This document shows positions 52,653 through 64,000 of a stretch of 64,000 nt of DNA, piece by piece. The position numbers and the translations under genes were made by a program. Positions within the stretch are counted from its first letter, which is position 1. Each line of letters begins with the position of its first letter. The notes beneath the pieces are model-generated. The model was not told where the DNA came from, did no database searches, and saw only the letters and a list, made by a program, of their open reading frames with translations. Origin of the DNA: Lama glama (taxonomy: Eukaryota); contig CM052818.1 of assembly GCA_028534125.1 (NCBI GenBank), forward strand, positions 14,076,001 to 14,140,000, written 5' to 3'.

Positions 52653-55600
52653 TAATCGTTCCTTTTGTTCTGCTCCTTTGCAATTAACTGCAAGTTTCTA
52701 AATCCTAGAAAAGATTTCAAGTGTCCATAGACTGAACAACAATCCATTTCCCAAAGGATTAATTCTAGTCAAATATTAAGGGGAAATCACTGACAAAATA
52801 TTTCTAATTCCATTCAGTAGAACTTATTTCAAACAGTAGTATAAAATTTTACCACAGCCAGATGTTCTGACCAGTCCTCAGGATTTGTTTCAAAGTGGGT
52901 TTATTCCATGGAGTCCCAGATCCAAGGGAGGGGAGAATGAATGAACGAAAAGGAAGTAAAGGAGAGATGCTCTATCGTTAAATTATTCTGTGAAAGCTGT
53001 ACATGTGTACTTTTCTTGGAGAGCCTATTGTATATTTATTAGTCTCTGAGAAGTCAGAAAGAGGCTGGATAACTTTATTTTACCTAGTGATACTTGTCAA
53101 CCTTGTTTAAATAACACTCATTACCGCCAGAAAACTAATACAAGATAGTTGAACAAATTTAAAGCACCTGGTTAAGGTTTAACTATGTTTCTGTGATTGA
53201 CCTTTTGTGTAAGGGATCTTGTTTTAAAACAGAGGTTCTCAGTCTTGGCTGCACACTGGGACCTCTGGGGAACTGTAACAGATGCTGATACTTGGAAAGG
53301 GGAAGCAGTGAGAGTCCCATCCTCTGAAAGTGTGACTTAAGTTTTCTAAGGACACTGCCTGGAGAATCGCTGTTTTTAAAAGTTGTGGCTTTGAGCTGTA
53401 ATCCCTGGGCTATAGTTTTTCCCCTGCTCACACCGGCCCACCCCCTTCATTATAAAAGAGAAGCATATGACTGTCTCCACTGGGTTCAGCTTTGGGACTT
53501 CTTGAGTAAGGTTCTTATCTTTATTTTAGGGGCTTCTGCCTTTTAAAACCTCAAATCCCAAGAAAAAGCCTAATAATTTTATATGCTAGATTCAAAGACC
53601 AGGGGTGTTCTTATCTTTCTGTCATAGGGCTTTTGATGATGAAGACTGGATTCTTTATGACAGTAGTTCTTTAACTGTCAGTGGAAATATGTTAAAATTG
53701 TAAGAAAATTTCTAGCTATAGTTATCTGAACATCAGGTAAACATAGTGTTCCAGAATTAAGTCTGAAATCTGAATGTGAGCAAAAAGGCCTGAACTCCAG
53801 AAATAGCTGACCCCAAAGAACATTAAAATCTGGTCCTCAGGCTCTTAGGCATTTATTAACATACACATTTTGACAGTTTCCTTTCTGGTTTCTTTGGCTC
53901 ACAGGAAACGGGCTGGGGAAATGTAGAGACAGTCAAAGTGTATTCATGAATGAGGCCAAGTATGTCAAAAGTCAAGTAATTTTCAGTGGTTAAAAATGTA
54001 GGAGAAAAGCTTGAAAATGTCACAGTTGCCAAAGCAATTTCTGAAATTCTGTGAAGCACCCTCCCCCCATTTTCCTTAGAAAATGCCCCCATCCCAGTGG
54101 AGACATCATCTAATAAAAAATCTGCAGCACTTTTCAATAAGAAATGTACGTGATACACACTTAAATTTAATTTCCTTTTCCCTTGGACAGAAGACAAACA
54201 AGACAAGGCCCTTGCCCTCTTCAAATAAGTATTTATTAGACTTTCATTGTACTTTGGCCCTCTTTCCTCCAGTCCCATTACTACCCAAAGAGAGATGAGC
54301 CTTTGATTTCCACAGTTAATGTGCATTGGCTGCAAGGTTGCTACATATTTGCCTTAGAATTTGTAGGTTTAAAGTGTTTATTGATCTTTTCCCTGCCTCT
54401 TTATAATAGCACACACATTCCTGGCCGTTAATAAATGGTGACTCTGTAGGTGGTTTTACCGTGTAGCAGAGCAGAGATTCTGGAGTCAAATAAACCTGAG
54501 ATCATTGTCACCTTTGGTCTGGCAACTTGCTTAGTCTTTTCTGTGTCTTGGTTTTCTCTTCTGTGGGGATAATAACAGTTTAAATTTGGGGGTTGTATGT
54601 AATGAGGGTAACTGACCTAACGTATGTTCAAAAATTTGTTAGTTACTGTTCTTATACAGCAGTTCCAGTGATCGTGCAGTTGCTACATGCTGGTTCCTAA
54701 CTACCACCCCTTTCTCTTCTGATGGTGCGTTCTCTGGAAACTCTTACCCAACATTTTTGTTTTGGGCCCCTGAAGTGTTAAATTTTCTCCAAAGTTAGCT
54801 GCAACATTTAAAAATTCTGTGATAGCACATAAAAATGTGAATTTCTGGTTTCTCTCTTAAAAATGGGAAAATTTGAAAACATTAGCCTGGAATACTTGCT
54901 CGGCCGCAGTCTGTGGAGCTGGATTGTGGGTGCCTCCTTGCGAAGGAGAATGCATGTATCAGTCCTCACCCAGGCTCCTTCATGCATTTCTGTCACCTGC
55001 CTGGTCCCACAGACATTTGAAGCCTCCCTCTGGTCCTCTTTGCCTCTGAATAGCCTGACTTTTAGGAAGAGTGCGCTCCAAGAGGCAAGCCTGGTGACAT
55101 TTGAGCCCCTGGGTGTGAAGTCTTGGGCTCTCTGTGGATTTGGAGTGCAGCCTTGTTGGTGACTTAATGACCAAATTAGGAAGTATTTTTGGCTTATGTG
55201 TTAGTTTCTGAATTCTGTCATGGTATCTTTATTGCTAAAGCAATTTCTTCTAAAATGTAGAAGGTTGACTTTTTTCCCTTTAGACTTGTGGATGGTGATG
55301 GATGAAAATATCTCTGTTGCTCTATGGCAAACTTGCTCAAGTGCAGAAGTTATATTTAGCTTCTGCAAAAGGAGTCTGTAAAATTATGTGAGGAGGGAGG
55401 CTTGCTAACTGGAGTCATGCTTCAGACATTTCTACCAGTGGTTCCACAGCAGTTGCTAAAACCAGGGCAGCATTTAAGTTTTGATTTTCAATTGATAGAG
55501 ACTAAGAATGCTTGACATTGCTCACTTAAACATTACATTTGTTTGTAGGTAACCAGAGTGCTGCTATTTGTAGAGCTGACAGTTGGTAGAGGAATGCAAA

Positions 55601-57294
55601 GTGTCTTCTAACCTGCAGTAACTATACTCACTAGAGTTTGAACACCTTAATTACTCAGTACCCAGCTCATTGTAGGCACTAAGATTTTGTTAAACAAATG
55701 AATACATGAACAAAGATATGCTTTAAATTAAGGGTCAGCAAGCTGTCTGTCTGGCGCATGACCTGTTTTTGTAAAGCCTGAGAGCTAAGAATGGTTTTTA
55801 AAGGATAATATTCAAAGAATATGTGACAGAGATCCCTTGTGGCCCACAAAACTGAAAATGTTTATTATCTTACTATCTTTCATATATTATCCGACTGTCT
55901 ATGTACAGAAGTTTGCTGCTCCGTGCTTTAGATGATGGAGGTGCTAACTCCCTTCTCTCCTCTTTGTCATTTATACTGTGTTACTGGAACCTAAATAATT
56001 GCTGTCAATGGTGGCATCTTGGTGATGTTTGTGACCTACTAAATAGGGCAGAGTGATTGTGGGACACATGAAGGCTTATAATAAGAAGTGAAGGAACTGC
56101 TGATGATGAATATTTAATAAAAACCAAACTGACTTTGTGTTTCTAAGTATTCAGGAACTGCTTTGAAAATGTCATTGGGTCTTTACGAGGTCACCAAATT
56201 TTAGAACCGGAAGAAAACTTTGAAACTCTTTTGTCCAACCATTCATGAGTAAACTAAAGTATGGAGAGGAAATAAAGAACTTCTCAAAATGAAATTACTT
56301 TTTAGAAACAAGGCCTTTCCCAAACTGCTGTATTTGATGATTTAAAAAAGAAAAAAATTCCCAGATTTTGAGACTAAGATTACTGAAGTGGGAAAGTTTG
56401 ATCAGTTCACTGCAGTCCCAGTCCCTGGAGGGGACAGTAAAACATGACAGTATGATCTGAACTTAGGCAAGTTACTAAACTTTTTTTTTTTGTCTGCATT
56501 GGCTGTGGTAATAACAGGGCCTACTTCCTAAAGTTGTTAGGAATAAATGAGTTTGTATTTGTAAAGCATTTAACACTGTGCCTGGCACTAATATGGTAAG
56601 AATTGTATTAATGTTTGTTATATTATTGTTTGTTAATATATTAAGAAATATATTAGGGTTTGTTAAAGGCAGTGGCTAAAAGAATAATGGTCAATTTAAT
56701 TAATAAAAGTTTGAGGCATCTTCATTCCTAGGAGGCCTCATTGGCTGTTAAAACATGCATCACTGTAGAGACAGTGCCTCTGATCCTTAATAAAATGCTA
56801 GAGGTGATGTTTTTGGTACCTGAAACCTGGTCTGCCTGATAATGTCTCCCTGCTCCATTATTGCTTATGTCTGAGATTTTAATGTCTGTATTCAGCTCAT
56901 AAAGATCTTGAATCACTTAGCTCGTTAGATCTTTAAAATCAGTTTTAACAGCTAATTCTCATAATACCTTTCCAGTCTTCCCATTTAAAAACTACTATAT
57001 AAGAGCTGGAGGGTAAGGCGTACCTTTGGTGTGTTTTCTGATCTCAGAAAAAAACAGAACCAACAGTTGGTAGTATAGTCCAGAGAAAATGAGTCAAATC
57101 TGTTAATTGTTTTAATAAGAATTCTGAAATTCCTGAGTTGAGATTGGCGACTTAGAAGTAAAAGATCTGTATTATTTTACCACATCTCCGAGGAATATGC
57201 CTTTAGTAGTTTGGCATTTCAATGGGACGCTTTATTTGAAAGGTTAATTAAGAAACTTGAGTTTTGTTTTTAATTGGTTGTTCTTTTCTTATAG

Positions 57295-57364
57295 TTTGCA
57301 GTGTTGATGTGGGTATTTACCTATGTTGGTGCCTTGTTCAATGGTCTGACACTACTGATTTTGG
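57295..57364 (+). CDS. RTN4: RTN4 RHD exon, 70 bp (FAVLMWVFTYVGALFNGLTLLIL)
   Basis: Acceptor cttatag|, donor TGG|gtaagt. Confidence 0.97.
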
Positions 57365-57866
57365 GTAAGTCTACAAAACAACTGGAATGAAAAATTATAG
57401 GAAAAAATGGTGTGCAAGGAGCTGAGACATTTTAGTGGAGAATATTTTTACATTGTAGGAAAAAGAATGTACGTTAGAGGTTGTGAGCTCTTTAAATTGC
57501 TGAAACTGATCCTGTTTATGGAAACTAGTTCCTAAAGACTACTCAAACTAGCAGTGATAAACCAGATCAAGGGTGGTCCTATTTGATGGTGCAGTCAGTT
57601 GTGAATCTCACCAACCAGGATGCCTGTATTTCATAAAGTCTGTGATGTGATTTGAAGCCAGGAATGATTCCTGCAGCCTCCCTTGGTTTAATTCATTGCT
57701 CTGCAGTGGCTCCCCACCAGATGTTTATAGGAGATCCTTGTGTATGTCTTCATGCATTAGGAACACTCCTGGCTCTCTTCAGAGTGCTGCCAGTTTGATG
57801 GCTTTGTCGTGTGTGTTCCCTAAATCATACCAGTCTATTTAAAAGGTTGTGTATTTCCTTTTTCAG

Positions 57867-57913
57867 CTCTGATTTCACTCTTCAGTGTTCCTGTTATTTA
57901 TGAACGGCATCAG
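57867..57913 (+). CDS. RTN4: RTN4 RHD exon, 47 bp ((A)LISLFSVPVIYERHQ)
   Basis: Acceptor tttttcag|, donor CAG|gtaatt. Confidence 0.97.
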
Positions 57914-58091
57914 GTAATTTAATTGAAGATTTCAGAATACAGAGATCACTGTCTTATATGGAACTTTGAAATATATCAGTACTAGTTTCCAAAGCCTTAA
58001 AAAGAGAAATGTGATGTTTTCTTAAGCCTTTGCTGTGTTGGAAATAGTAAGGGCTAGTAAGATTCTAACAACTTCTTTCTACCTCTTTCAG

Positions 58092-58150
58092 GCACAAATA
58101 GATCATTATCTAGGGCTTGCAAATAAGAATGTTAAAGATGCTATGGCTAA
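58092..58150 (+). CDS. RTN4: RTN4 RHD exon, 59 bp (AQIDHYLGLANKNVKDAMA(K))
   Basis: Acceptor ctctttcag|, donor TAA|gtaagt. Confidence 0.97.
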
Positions 58151-58522
58151 GTAAGTATTTAAAATCTGCAACTTTTTTTAACTAAGGATAAGGTGTGCTG
58201 GACTTTGAGAACTGTGCAGCATTCTCATATTGAGTAGCAACTTTCAGTCATACCTAGGGTGTGACAGTTGCAAAAGATTAGATTTTTTTCTCTAATGTTT
58301 GGATCATTAATTTCTGTTTAAATGTATTTACTAGGTTTTATTTAAGCCTAATTTGTAGGCCAAGGTGACAAAATTATAGCTTGTCGTTTGACAGCCTTAG
58401 GATTTTATTTCTTGTATAAGCTGAGCAATATATGACTGGTCAATGAAGGACAGACGTTTAAGAAGCAGAAAGCAATTTCAAAATATTTACATTGACCTCT
58501 TCCTCCTCCTCTTAATTTGTAG

Positions 58523-58565
58523 AATCCAAGCGAAAATTCCTGGATTGAAGCGCAAAGCTGAATGA
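58523..58565 (+). CDS. RTN4: RTN4 terminal coding segment (IQAKIPGLKRKAE*), with KxKxx ER-retrieval motif
   Basis: Acceptor aatttgtag|, TGA at 58563-58565. Confidence 0.97.
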
Positions 58566-59516
58566 GAAAGCCTGAAATAATTAACAATAAGTGTTTATCT
58601 TTAAAGGGGATACTCATTTGATTCCATGGGGGAGGGTCAGGGAAAAAGGAATCCTTGACATTGCAGTGCAGTTTCACAGATCTTTATTTTTAGCAAAGCA
58701 GTGTCTAAAGAAAAATGACCTGTCTTGACTGCCATGTGTTCATCATCTTAAGTATTGTGAGCTGCTATGTATGGATTTAAGCCGTAATCATATTTGTTTT
58801 TCCTATATGAGGCACTGGTGAGTAAGAAAAGAGCTGAGAAGGCTGTATATTACACGTTGTTGCAGGTAGTCTTGCTGTATTTGAGGAATTGCAGAGAAAG
58901 TGGAGCTGAAAAAAAATAACCCTTTTCACAGTTTGTGCACTGTGTATGGTCTGTGTAGATTGATGCAGATTTTTTGAAATGATATGTTTAGACGAGATCA
59001 TGCCACCAAAGCAGGTGTGAAAAAGCTTGCCTTTCTGGGATGTTCTAGGTGTATTGTGAATTTTACTGTTATATTAATTGCCAATATAAGTAAATATAGA
59101 TTATATATATATCTATATATAGTGTTTCACAAAGCTTAGACCTTTACCTTCCAGCTGCCCCACCGTGCTTGATACTTCAGTCATTGGTTTTATGTGTGTA
59201 GTTCCAAACCACATAAGCTAGAAAAAGAACATATTCCTAGGAGCACTACCATCTGTTTTCAACACGAAACGATGCCATGCAAATGAACTCAACATAAACT
59301 TCATCGCACAGACTTACTGTAGTTATTTTTGTCACAAACTCTGGACTGAATCTAATGCTTCCAAAAATGTTGTTCGCAAATATCAAACATTGTTATGCAA
59401 GAAATTATAAAATGCCGATTTATATATACAGTTGTGGTTTAAGCTGTACTGAACTAAATCTGTGGAATGCATTGTGAACTGTAAAAGCAAAGTACCAATA
59501 AAGCTTCTAGACTTAA
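58566..59516 (+). other. RTN4: RTN4 3'UTR (~950 nt; end approximate)
   Basis: Repeat-free AU-rich sequence between the stop codon and the poly(A) signal. Confidence 0.85.
59497..59502 (+). terminator. RTN4: RTN4 polyadenylation signal AATAAA
   Basis: Followed by a GU/U-rich element tgttcggtattttggttt starting at ~59517. Confidence 0.85.
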
Positions 59517-59669
59517 TGTTCGGTATTTTGGTTTCATGAACCTGCTGCAGATTAAAAGCATACAAAAAAGGGTAGACTGCTTCCGCCAGTCTGGTGGCTT
59601 GTACTTGCAGAAAGGTTTTAAGCTCAGAGTGCAGCTGCATTTACTTTGGAAACAGAACATGTTTGCGAA

Positions 59670-61063
59670 AATGTTTTTAAATTATATTTTTATACTTTGA
59701 TAACTGAAAATAAGTTCATGCACCAATATTTTAACATAGAGTAGAATAAATACAGTGCAGGATTTATGAACATACATAAAATCATACCATATAAATATTT
59801 ATAAACCAGATTTAAGAAGTTTTGACACAGACACTATTGCTCTTTACATACAGTTGTACATACCATCATTGATCAGTTTATTGTTCTTCCACATGGTTAT
59901 TTCAATGCAACATCCGATCAGTATGAAAGGTCAGTGGTACAATGTAGGTATCATGGTTATCACTCAGCATCACATGGTTACAGGAAACAATTAGGACTGC
60001 AGAGGGACTAACTGTGGGCCCAACAACCTATCAGTGGATTAATGTAAGGCATTAATAAAATTGGCATATAAAAATAGCTTAATGAGTGATCTCATCCATT
60101 TAGAACGCTGAAGCACTTCTGTGGCAAATGTTAATCTGTTTAACTGAAAATGCTTCATTTCACCTTTCCTCTAAACTGACAACTACAAATAGTAACTCAA
60201 GATCCAAGATTCTTTAGTTCACTGACTGCAAGGACTAAGTGGTATNNNNNNNNNNNNNNNNNNNNNNNNNNNNNNNNNNNNNNNNNNNNNNNNNNNNNNN
60301 NNNNNNNNNNNNNNNNNNNNNNNNNNNNNNNNNNNNNNNNNNNNNCACGGGTGACAGCCCAGGAATCTGCTAAGGGTCCTGTAGCCCTCCTCAGTTTTGA
60401 CATTTTAGCACCATGTGAAGAAAGGAGACAATTTGTGGGAGGTGAGACAGCAGCCCACACAACTGGAAGCTTTCAAAGGCACTTAATGGATATAAAACTC
60501 TGCAAATGAAACATTAAAAAATTAAGTTTTCTCAACTTGTTTATACATGGCTCATTTGGTTTTGAAAGCTAAATGTGGAGAACAGAGGCTATCAATGTTT
60601 CTAGTATTTCGGTGAACCTAACTTAAGCTGTCCTGTTCAACTTCCTTGTTTGTAAAAGTGAACATTTTTAAAGTATATAGAAACATAATAGCAAAACATC
60701 TTTTGTAAAAGTTTTGATGCAAATTAAAAGCTACATATAGATTAGGGTAACTGAGGCTTTAAATTTTGTCAGTGGGCTACATTATCAGATAGGATTTCTT
60801 TGTCCGTGTACTTAGTACATATAGATTTTAGTCTCAGGAACAGGCAAGCAGTCTTAACATCTGAGAACTGACCTCCCGTCTTGGCATCACAGTTTCGGAG
60901 ATTCCGGACGATGGGAGCAGCCACCCCGCTTCACTAGCACATGGAGCTTGTGCGGCCTGCCCGCTGTAGGCAGTTCCCAGCAGCTGGGGCCGAGGAGGCA
61001 CCCGCTCGCTGCCTCTGCGGTTGCTGGCTGGTAGTGGCAGCAGCAGTAAGAGGATTCTGGCAC
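59670..61063 (-). other. EML6: EML6 3'UTR (distal end uncertain)
   Basis: Lies downstream of the EML6 stop. Minus-strand signals: AATAAA at 59877-59882 and variant TATAAA/AATATA at 59683-59694, followed by a GU-rich tract. Confidence 0.65.
60246..60345. other. Assembly gap (100 N)
   Basis: Run of N. Confidence 1.
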
Positions 61064-61088
61064 TTACAGACATCGCCACACAAACACA
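61064..61088 (-). CDS. EML6: EML6 last coding segment ((S)VFVWRCL*)
   Basis: Minus strand ctttttcag|T GTG TTT GTG TGG CGA TGT CTG TAA. Completes the WD40 repeat in phase with the preceding exon. Confidence 0.9.
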
Positions 61089-62739
61089 CTGAAAAAGCAG
61101 ATCAGTCATTTTGCATGGCTGGACATCATACTCTGTCAAGTGACAAACATTTTGCCAAGTGCTCCAGAATCAAACTCAGGTGATGCATTGAACATTTCAA
61201 TTTCAAATTCAAACAACAAACCAGGGATTTTGCCACCAATGAAAGGTCTAATGCTTTTTTAAAAAGGTCTACTGTTTTTCATTTGGTATGGCTCTTTCAG
61301 AACAGCCTGAGTCTGTGTTCTGAACGGGAGGACTTTTGGCAGCTTGACTCTGCACTATCTCTCTTGTTACTATTGAAAAGGTTTTATCATCTCCACTCGA
61401 GTAGGCGAGCCCTTTCGAGTGCTCAGCACAGAGCCAGGGATCACAGCAGGCTCCCGTGGCTGCAGAGGCCTGGGGGCCCTGCATCTTAAAGGTTACTTCT
61501 AGCTTTTCATACCATCAGAAGTCCCTGGTATCCCCTGCACCAGGTGACTGTTAGGCTTCTGTGTCCTGTCGCTAGCTTGTACCGTTTGGTGCTGCTCTAA
61601 ATGGGTGTTTGCACCTCTCAGGGAGCGGGCGCTCAGCACTATCTCAAGGGCTCTAAGTGCCAGAAGCAGCTGGCACAGCAGACGAGATCTCCCGGGCAGG
61701 CCACCAGAAAGCATCCTTGGGGCCATTTCCCACACAAAGCTTTTGGGAAGGAAGTGGGTTGAAATTCCCTACAGGTGCCTTTTCCACACACCCAGACAAC
61801 TAGAAAACATCTGGAATGCATGCATGTCGTCTTGGTCATCCCAAGGGTTTTGCTTGGGCTGAAGAGAAACCAATATCCATGTTTCAGTAAAGCCCCTCAG
61901 CTACATTAGATGTGGAGAAGCTAAGTGACTTAGAATGACCCTGTCCTGACCCTCTACACTCCAAATGAGAAACGTGGAGGGACAGAAGAGAGCTGCCTCG
62001 GAAATGCTGAAGAGGCTGATGTCATCTCCAGAGCAGGCTGGTAGGGGTCCTTCTAAACACTGCAAGAGGAGTCCTGCCTCACAAAGCAATGAGCCTGTTC
62101 TGCGCAGAGCAGTGGATAGTCAGTAGCAGCCCTGGCTCACGAGATGACACAGCTGGTTGAGGTTCTCCTTCTGCTACTAACTAGTGCTGGGCCTGATGGC
62201 TCCCCCCTCACCTGATCTCCGGTGTAAAGCTGGGTAACGTGCTGTGCTTGTTTCTCAAGGTGACTGAGGCTCAATAGGATTTTTAAACCTCTCTTGGTTG
62301 TGGATTAATATCCACAGTGATAGATAAGAACTCCAGTGATGAGCTGGAAGTTATGAGTTAAAAGACCTATGGAATCAAGGTCATTCTAACCTGATTATAT
62401 GCAGTGGACACCGTGGGCTGTTCAGCAGCTCCTACTGAAATCCGTCGTCTTGGGTCTCTCCCTCACATGTCCCTCCACCCAGCAATGCTCAGAGTAGCCA
62501 CCACACGCCCTTGGCGTCTCACAATCCCAGGACAGCTCTAGTGGGGACATAAGCCCATCAAGGTGTGGGTTGGGAGTCACCAGAGACTAAATACCTTATA
62601 CTTGGGAAGTCCTCGTCCTCATAAGAACTCACTGAATCTCCTGTCCACTCCCCCCTCCCCCCGTGCCCCTGGGAGGGGCTGACACCTGAGGGGAGGCAGG
62701 CGGGGGTGCAGGCCAGGCCTGGGCATCAGAGCCAGGTTA

Positions 62740-62925
<186 letters not shown>

Positions 62926-63243
62926 TCAATTCCCCGCCTCCCAGGACCCTCCTTCACCCATGGGGCTCCCGTTTGGTCTGGTCTTCTCTGTTAGCCAGTG
63001 CTTCACTGGCCTCGTGTCTCATTCTCGCCCCACTTATGGCCATTCTGTCCACCCCCCCCCCCCATTCTCCTGGCTTCCAGGATTTCCACTCCTGAGGGAG
63101 ATGAGAAGGTTGGGTGTTGCCAAATCTCCACAGGGATGTGACAAGAGTCCTCTTGTTCTAGGTTTTAGATGGCCATCTAGATGCGGCCACGGTCCTGGCA
63201 GACTACAGAACAGAGAGCCTGCAGGCAGTGCAGGGAGACTCTA

Positions 63244-63489
<246 letters not shown>

Positions 63490-64000
63490 TCATGTAGCTC
63501 TTCTGGCCTGACAGCATCTGTCCCCTCCCCTCTGGACACCTGGCCCAACTCTTAACTATTCTCTGCCCCAGTTCCCTTTATCCCCCAAAGAAATGTTACC
63601 TCCATCTTTGATTCTCTTCCTCTTCCCTACAGTGTTTCTGAGCATATGTAGGTTTGAGAGAAGGTGGGGGGGGCTCCCTCAAGCTCACAGGTTGGTGGTC
63701 TCTTTTGAACTGGCAAGGCACTGTTACCTGGCAGTTCTAACCTTAGGGGCTGGAGGCGGCCTCCCAGTCTACCACGGGACTTGGCCAAGAGCTGGGAGAT
63801 GGTTTCCCTTTGACCTTGCTGGATGGGGCTGGGGCTGGGTAGGACAGATTACACAAAAAGAGAGACTTTGCATTTCAAAAGCCCAGGCTGGTAGCAAGAA
63901 TCCTTCTGCCCCCACCCCCCAAAGGAAAGACAGCCCTGTCTCTAAGCCACTTCAGATCCCAGCCACACACACACTTGGAGGCTGAGCCTGGGACAAGAGT

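Noticed and set aside
53856..54335. 159-aa minus-strand ORF and the other 60-130 aa intronic ORFs
   Set aside because: No recognisable domain or exon structure, many have non-ATG starts, and lengths are compatible with chance or repeat-derived sequence.

Overview
Mammalian genomic DNA, most likely a camelid, judging from two tRNA-Ala-derived Vic-1-like SINEs. The + strand carries most of RTN4 (reticulon-4/Nogo). Visible parts are the 57-bp exon 2 with a GC donor, the 2,412-bp Nogo-A-specific exon 3, the Nogo-C-specific first exon, six reticulon-homology-domain exons ending in KRKAE*, and the 3'UTR with its poly(A) signal. RTN4 exon 1 lies upstream of the window. The Nogo-C CDS is complete: 600 nt, 199 aa plus stop. 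The last three coding exons and 3'UTR of EML6 lie on the - strand, tail-to-tail with RTN4. The introns hold L1, L2, MIR, LTR and Tigger/MER repeats, and there are two assembly gaps. I found no convincing new gene or new biological system; this is a well-studied locus. The best leads are an internal ~550-bp intronic duplication with a near-identical core, a strong unexplained 3' splice site upstream of exon 2, a uORF in the Nogo-C leader, very small TSD-flanked L1 insertions (one inverted), and closely spaced convergent poly(A) sites. Repeat family names come from memory of consensus sequences, not from a database search.
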